Shown: in pieces, positions 59,144-64,000 of the stretch
Layout of the letters: every line of letters starts with the position of its first letter
Position numbering within the stretch: position 1 is the first letter of the stretch
DNA from: Planctomycetota bacterium
GTDB lineage: Bacteria; Planctomycetota; Phycisphaerae; WQYP01
Length of the DNA: 64,000 nt
Assembly (NCBI GenBank): GCA_021808105.1
Contig: JAKBCC010000001.1
Location: 32,753 to 96,752 of the forward strand
Direction of reading: 5' to 3'
Notes under the pieces: model-generated
Databases searched by the model: none
Told to the model about the DNA's origin: nothing
What the model saw: the letters and a program-made list of their open reading frames with translations, nothing else
Made by a program: the position numbers and the translations under genes

Positions 59144-59420
59144 TTTTCCCGCTTCGGCGACAGCCACGCTTATGTCCCGGCCTTATGTGCTCTACTCTCT
59201 ACTTTCTCCTGTCTCCTGCTCTATCGGGCCGCCGCCCGATTCTCCTGCTCTGTTTTGGCCTTCGGCCAAAACTGCGTTGAACAGGTGATCAGGTGAACAG
59301 GTGACCGCAGGTGGGATTTTCACGCTCCGGCGACAGCCACTCTTACGACCCAACCTTATGTGCTCTACTTCTCACCTGCTCTAAATTCACCTGCTCTGTT
59401 CTGGCTTTTAGCCAAAACTG
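59144..59420 (-). repeat. two tandem ~130 nt units downstream of tRNA-Gln, each ending in a hairpin
   Basis: Units 59144-59274 and 59315-59420 share CGGCGACAGCCAC, CCTTATGTGCTCTACT, CCTGCTCTGTT and terminal GGCC-loop-GGCCAAAACTG hairpins. CAGGTGA x3 lies between them. Confidence 0.7.
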
Positions 59421-59488
59421 GGGGATCTGGATTCGAACCAGAACAAGCAGAACCAAAATCTGCTGTGCTACCGTTACACCATCCCCCA
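59418..59488 (-). tRNA. tRNA-Gln (anticodon TTG)
   Basis: Hand-folded on the minus strand: acceptor TGGGGGA/TCCCCCA, U8, short D arm, anticodon stem GCAGA/TCTGC with loop TTTTGGT, T-loop TTCGAAT, discriminator G. CCA is not encoded. Confidence 0.75.
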
Positions 59489-59619
59489 AAAAGGGCTTTG
59501 CCACCTGTGATTCGCCCGTGCTCTTCGGCGTAGGCAATCGACCGCGACAAGTCCATTAGTTTATCCGACACGCCCGCTTGGGGTCAAACCGCAACTTCCG
59601 CCGACGAACCCAGGTCGTG

Positions 59620-61212
59620 CTAAGGCAGAAGCCGCCAGAGTGAGGACCAGAATCCGTGAGCAGCTTCGTAACGTTCGGCCAGTACGGTTTTTGCGTCCGC
59701 ATTTCCTTCCGCCGCTGCTTTATGCCACCAAATAAAGGCAAGTCGTCGGCTCCGGTGGACGCCCTTGCCGTTATCATAAAGATACCCAAGCCCGTACATC
59801 GCCTCACTGTCTCCGGCGGCTGCGCCTCTTTTCCACCATGCTGCAGCCGTCTGATATTTCTTGGCAACGCCCCATCCATTCTGATAGAGCAATCCAATAG
59901 CGTACATCGCGGAGGGGCTCCCGGCTGCCGCGGCCTTCGTGTACCACTTCATTGCCTTCGCATAGCTTCGGGGTATACCCCGGCCGCTCCGGTACGAGGA
60001 GCCAACGGCGTACATTCCATCAGCGCTTCCCGCGTATGCAGCTTTTCGTGCCCAAGCCAGCGTTTTTCTTCGACTCTTCGGGACGCCCCAGCCGTGGTGG
60101 AAAAGGAACGAGATGGCATACATCGCGTCGCTGTTGCCGGATGAGGCTGCCATTCGATACCACGTCATCGCCTTCTGGTAACTCGTTTTTGCGCCCCATC
60201 CACGCAGATACAGGTTTCCCATAATGTACATTGCGGCGGCGTCGCCCGCCGCCGCCGCACGCCGGCATCGCTGCTTAGCCTTTCGATACCAGAACATTGC
60301 CTTGCTGCGGCTCTTCGCCACGCCCAATCCCTTCAGGTGGAGATACCCTACAACGACTGGAGCTTCGGGACTGCCCACGGCGCTCGCCTTCCGGCACCAC
60401 GTCATTGCCTTCTGGTAATTTTTGGGGACACCCCAGCCACGCTGATAGCACACGCCAATCATGCACATTCCAGTCCCACTTCCCGCCTCCGCTGCCCGAC
60501 GGTACCACCCCATCGCCTCGTGGGGATTCCGCGCCACGCCTAACCCTTTTTGATAAAGATGGCCGATGTAATTCAGCCCGTTGAGGCTGCCTCCCCTCGC
60601 CGCTTTTTTATACCAGAACATCGCCACGTGATAGTTGCGGGCAACGCCCCACCCCCGCTGGTAAAGAAATCCTACCGCGCACATCGCGTTAGCACTTCCC
60701 GCGTCAGCCGCATGCCGAAAGTACACCATTGCTTTTTTGTAATCCCGCGGCACACCCCATCCCATCGCGTAAACGGTACCCTTTGCCATTCCATCTCCCG
60801 CCGCCGATGATTTCTGCCACCACGCCCTCATTTTCCGATAGCTTAGCGGCACGCCCCAGCCGCGACGGTAAAGTGCGCCGAGGTGCCACATCGCCGCAGC
60901 ATTTCCAGCCGTAGCGGCTTTCCGTAAGAGCTTTGCCGCCCTACTGTAATTGTGGCCACGCAGGGCGGAAAGGGCCGCCATGTAGTCGCGCCTATCGACG
61001 GAATCGATGGGTTTTTCCAGGGTTGCGCCCGGGGCGATTCCCATAGCGGGCATCGCCCACAATGTGGCGATAAGAGAACAAGCTAAGGCCAGCACCAAAA
61101 GCGACCGGCTGTTACGGAAATATCCCAAAGGGGTATCCGTTTGTCGCGCGTGCCCGTTGTACACCGTGATGCGGCTAGTTGAGAAAGAGTCTGCCAATTT
61201 TTCAACCTCCAT
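59620..61212 (-). CDS. Sel1-like repeat (SLR) protein with N-terminal signal/anchor
   Basis: More than 12 repeats of A..W...AA.QG.A.AQ..LG..Y..G.GV..D. Hydrophobic N-terminus. Confidence 0.85.
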   Translation of the reverse strand: MEVEKLADSFSTSRITVYNGHARQTDTPLGYFRNSRSLLVLALACSLIATLWAMPAMGIAPGATLEKPIDSVDRRDYMAALSALRGHNYSRAAKLLRKAATAGNAAAMWHLGALYRRGWGVPLSYRKMRAWWQKSSAAGDGMAKGTVYAMGWGVPRDYKKAMVYFRHAADAGSANAMCAVGFLYQRGWGVARNYHVAMFWYKKAARGGSLNGLNYIGHLYQKGLGVARNPHEAMGWYRRAAEAGSGTGMCMIGVCYQRGWGVPKNYQKAMTWCRKASAVGSPEAPVVVGYLHLKGLGVAKSRSKAMFWYRKAKQRCRRAAAAGDAAAMYIMGNLYLRGWGAKTSYQKAMTWYRMAASSGNSDAMYAISFLFHHGWGVPKSRRKTLAWARKAAYAGSADGMYAVGSSYRSGRGIPRSYAKAMKWYTKAAAAGSPSAMYAIGLLYQNGWGVAKKYQTAAAWWKRGAAAGDSEAMYGLGYLYDNGKGVHRSRRLAFIWWHKAAAEGNADAKTVLAERYEAAHGFWSSLWRLLP

Positions 61213-61477
61213 CGGAAGGGGGTACGAATGATTGAATGATCCACGTGCCTGCGCCTATCGGAAGAATTTTTCGGCGAGGCGAGATCTAATTTGCCCCTCG
61301 TTCTCGTGCGCGAAATTCGCCTCGCTTGAGGTGGCAGATCCCGCCCGCTTCGTCCGAAATCGCTTGTACTGGGATGAGTATAAGCGGTTGCCCGCACCAT
61401 AGCAAAAGGTTTTGCTGGATCGCTGCTGTGCTTAAACGCTGCCGCATTGAGCTATTTACGTGTGCGCGGTATGTGCG

Positions 61478-62992
61478 TCACACGCCGGCGGCCCGTTGCC
61501 GCACGGTGTGCCAAAGCGCCAGAAGCTCTGTATTATAAAACCATATAGATAAAGCTGTGTAAATCAGTAAGAACGAAACGGTCCCGCATACGATATTCTC
61601 CCATACGGGAAGCGTAATGGGGGCCGCCAGAAGCCTTACACCGATCCACGGTGCGGCCGCGGCCATCGCCATGGCCGCCGGACGCAGAAATAATGCCGCC
61701 ACATCGCCCCAAGTTCCGCCGCCCGGCCCAATGGCTTGTCGCACCAGCAGGGGGGCGGCAACGGCCCAGAAAATACTCACCGCAAGGGCGAGAATCACGG
61801 CACCCCCGGCCCACGCGGCAAACAACGCCAGCGGTAGATACACCAGGGCACTGCCTGTGGCCCAGGCGAGTTGGAATCTGAAGCGGCCTTGCGCCAAAAT
61901 GAAATTCAACGATGGCTCCACCAGTAGCATAAACGCTGCGCCTAACGACAGGACTTCCAGCGGCAGAATCGCCGCGTGCCATTTGTTGCCATAAACCAAT
62001 GTCAGCAGAGGCCGGGCCAGCAGTGATTCCAGCACGCACAGCGGCATACCGGCCAATGCCACAAGGTTGGCAGCCCGGAGAAACGCGGCGGTCTGCCGAT
62101 TGATCTGATTCTCCATGGACGTAAGAGCCGGATACAGCACTCCGGCAACATTGGTCGAAAATACCTGACTGATCTGCGTGGATAAATTGGACGCGAAAAA
62201 ATAATCGCCGACGATTGTCACGGAAGCAAAGGCCCGCAGACACGACATTTCGGCAATTCGGCTTACAGTTTGAAATACTACCGCGCCCATCAGCAGGCCC
62301 GACTTTTCAATCAGGTAAGGCCAGCGGCGAAAGTGTGCATGGAGCTTAATGCGCGTAGGAGCCGCCATCCACAGGGCAATCGCCCGCAGCGCTCCCACCA
62401 CGGGCAGGGGAATGACAAAACTGTAGACTCCCCAGCCCAGCGCCGCCAGCACAATGCTAAGTACCATGGCGATGATGTTATAACCCAGGCCAATCATGGC
62501 CAATTCGCGGAATCGCATATCCTGCATGAGCCGTGCGGTGGGCACCGCGAATAACGCGGTGATGGCGACGCCGGGCGCAATGATGTCCATAATGGGAATT
62601 AACTGCGGCGCGTGAAAGGCCGCCGCTGCGTAGGGTGCCGCCAGCAGCATCAGCAAGCCGGCGGCCATTCCCAGCGCGATTTCCATCCAGAATGCTGGTG
62701 TAGCCCAACGTTTGAAACTTCGCCGCTTTTGCACCAGGATTTGCGGCATGCCGGATTGCCGAAGAATATTAGGAATCGCTGCGGCCGCATACGCCAGCCC
62801 GACCAGCCCGAAATCGTGCGGCACCAGCAGACGCGCCAGAATAATCTGGCCGATGAAACCAAAGCTTTTGGATGCCAGCGTCTGAAAAATCATCCATGCC
62901 ACGCCGCCGAGGCTGCGTCGCGCAATGGGCGAAGCCGTTGCCGGACCGTCGCCAGCGGGGGACTGTGCCTTGTTTTCAGGTGTGTGCATCAC
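61478..62992 (-). CDS. MOP-superfamily polysaccharide flippase (Wzx-like)
   Basis: About 12 to 14 TM helices. N-terminal GFIGQIILARLL resembles PST/Wzx family proteins. Confidence 0.6.
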   Translation of the reverse strand: MMHTPENKAQSPAGDGPATASPIARRSLGGVAWMIFQTLASKSFGFIGQIILARLLVPHDFGLVGLAYAAAAIPNILRQSGMPQILVQKRRSFKRWATPAFWMEIALGMAAGLLMLLAAPYAAAAFHAPQLIPIMDIIAPGVAITALFAVPTARLMQDMRFRELAMIGLGYNIIAMVLSIVLAALGWGVYSFVIPLPVVGALRAIALWMAAPTRIKLHAHFRRWPYLIEKSGLLMGAVVFQTVSRIAEMSCLRAFASVTIVGDYFFASNLSTQISQVFSTNVAGVLYPALTSMENQINRQTAAFLRAANLVALAGMPLCVLESLLARPLLTLVYGNKWHAAILPLEVLSLGAAFMLLVEPSLNFILAQGRFRFQLAWATGSALVYLPLALFAAWAGGAVILALAVSIFWAVAAPLLVRQAIGPGGGTWGDVAALFLRPAAMAMAAAAPWIGVRLLAAPITLPVWENIVCGTVSFLLIYTALSIWFYNTELLALWHTVRQRAAGV

Positions 62993-63113
62993 ATTTCAGA
63001 CCCATCGCAATCCCGGCCATCACTCGGACAGGCTTTTAGTGCTCGCATCGGATAGTATCATAAACCAGTCCGGTTGGCTTGGGGAATTTCCGTGGTATCC
63101 TGCCGATGAAATC

Positions 63114-64000
63114 ATGGAGTGTTTTGGTGTGAAAGCGGCGACGTATTTCTTTCGGCAGATGACAGGCTGGCTTTTGGCCCTGGCGCTGATCGTTGCGCCC
63201 TGGGCGTGGGGAACCGTAAAGCCTGCCGGATTATTCATCGCGGAGGTGATTCTCTCGCTGGCGTGCGGTTGCTGGTTGTTGGCCATGTTGACTCCCGCGT
63301 TTCGTCCCAAGTTGCCGCGATTGTTGGTGGTGTGTGTCGTGCTGTTGCTGGTGCAAGGGTGGTTCATGACGATCAATGCCCATCGCACGTACAACACCGT
63401 TACGCATCGTTTTTCCCCAGTGCATCCGCCAATGCCGCTGTTGCCCGGTGCGACAGACCAAATCATGGCCGCCGGGGCTATGGTGCATGTGACAGCGGTT
63501 TTGCTGGCGTTATTAATGATGTGTGATTTTGCCCAATTTCCCCCATGGCGCATGGGGCTGTGGAAGGCCCTGGCCATCACCGGTGCATCCATTGCGGGCT
63601 ATGGTTTGGGAGCCAAGGCAGGAATATTTTCTCCGATGTTCACTGTGCCTGGAGACCAGGCGAGCGTGTTTGGTTCGTTTGTCTACCACGGCGTTGCCGG
63701 CGCGTATTTAAATTTAGCGATTCCCGCGCAAATTGGTTTGGCGCTGCTGTATTTTGGCCAATCGCGACGCAAGGCTGGCGGGCTGTTTTGGGCGGCCACA
63801 GCGATCATCACAATCATTGGCGTGATGGTGAACATTTCGCGCGGGGCGGCCCTGATTTTCGTCGGGGAGCTGACCGTGCTGACGGTTCTGGTGATCTGGA
63901 ATTTTCGGCATGATGCGCGATTCCGCGCCGCATTAACGGGGTGGAAATGGGTGCTATTAACGGCGGCATGTTTGCTGCTTCTGGGCGTGGAATATGCGGT
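63114..64000 (+). CDS. O-antigen ligase/polymerase-like membrane protein (partial; runs off the window)
   Basis: ATG at 63114, open to the end of the window (absent from the ORF track, presumably for lack of a stop). Multi-TM, with NISRGAALIFVGE resembling the Wzy_C/WaaL loop. Confidence 0.45.
   Translation, partial: MECFGVKAATYFFRQMTGWLLALALIVAPWAWGTVKPAGLFIAEVILSLACGCWLLAMLTPAFRPKLPRLLVVCVVLLLVQGWFMTINAHRTYNTVTHRFSPVHPPMPLLPGATDQIMAAGAMVHVTAVLLALLMMCDFAQFPPWRMGLWKALAITGASIAGYGLGAKAGIFSPMFTVPGDQASVFGSFVYHGVAGAYLNLAIPAQIGLALLYFGQSRRKAGGLFWAATAIITIIGVMVNISRGAALIFVGELTVLTVLVIWNFRHDARFRAALTGWKWVLLTAACLLLLGVEYA

Overview
This 64 kb window of a GC-rich bacterial chromosome has four parts, drawn from the ORF track and my own reading of both strands. 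No tools were run; phylum cannot be assigned from sequence alone, although PEP-CTERM, Sel1 and multiple PilT/GspE paralogs suggest a Gram-negative environmental lineage. (1) 1-24.3 kb is a housekeeping backbone: lipA, trpF, an M20 peptidase, acs, folA, ispE, a YghZ-like aldo-keto reductase, a GT87-like membrane protein, citrate synthase, a PIG-L deacetylase and Fe/Mn SOD. Mixed into it are an ImmA/IrrE-DUF4411 pair, an orphan Arch_ATPase-like NTPase, and a three-gene cluster of pilT, a membrane-anchored catalytically degenerate GspE-like pseudo-ATPase and a CvpA-domain membrane protein. (2) 24.3-51.3 kb is a surface-glycan biosynthesis island that ends at tRNA-Arg(ACG). Its centre is two convergent giant genes (about 1500 and 1600 aa). 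Each fuses an N-terminal methyltransferase or sulfotransferase-like domain to a long coiled coil, to duplicated RKxTRPxRYxxMxK motifs and to three glycosyltransferase domains. This architecture resembles the terminator/molecular-ruler/polymerase enzymes WbdA-WbdD, WbbB and WsaE, but here it sits in single polypeptides and with a sulfotransferase-like cap. The island also carries GT2 and GT4-GT2 enzymes, an MsbA/PglK-type ABC exporter with an unusual loop insertion, a PEP-CTERM Gly/Ser/Thr-rich secreted protein and a Zn-ribbon methyltransferase bracketed by a 66-70 nt repeat. It further carries two paralogous AAA_14/DUF4143 ATPases, a HepT/MntA toxin-antitoxin pair, and decayed toxin-antitoxin and methyltransferase remnants. 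(3) 51.7-57.5 kb is the conserved glmU-prs-ctc-pth, rpsF-ssb-rplI block. It lacks rpsR, and its glmU-like gene is truncated. (4) 57.6-64 kb starts with tRNA-Gln(TTG), flanked by tandem ~130 nt repeats and a three-gene operon led by an NlpC/P60-like hydrolase. Beyond that lie a Sel1-repeat protein, a Wzx-like flippase and a partial O-antigen-ligase-like gene. No CRISPR array, integrase or transposase was recognised. The best candidate for the undescribed system is the convergent pair of giant ruler-type glycan polymerases and their island.
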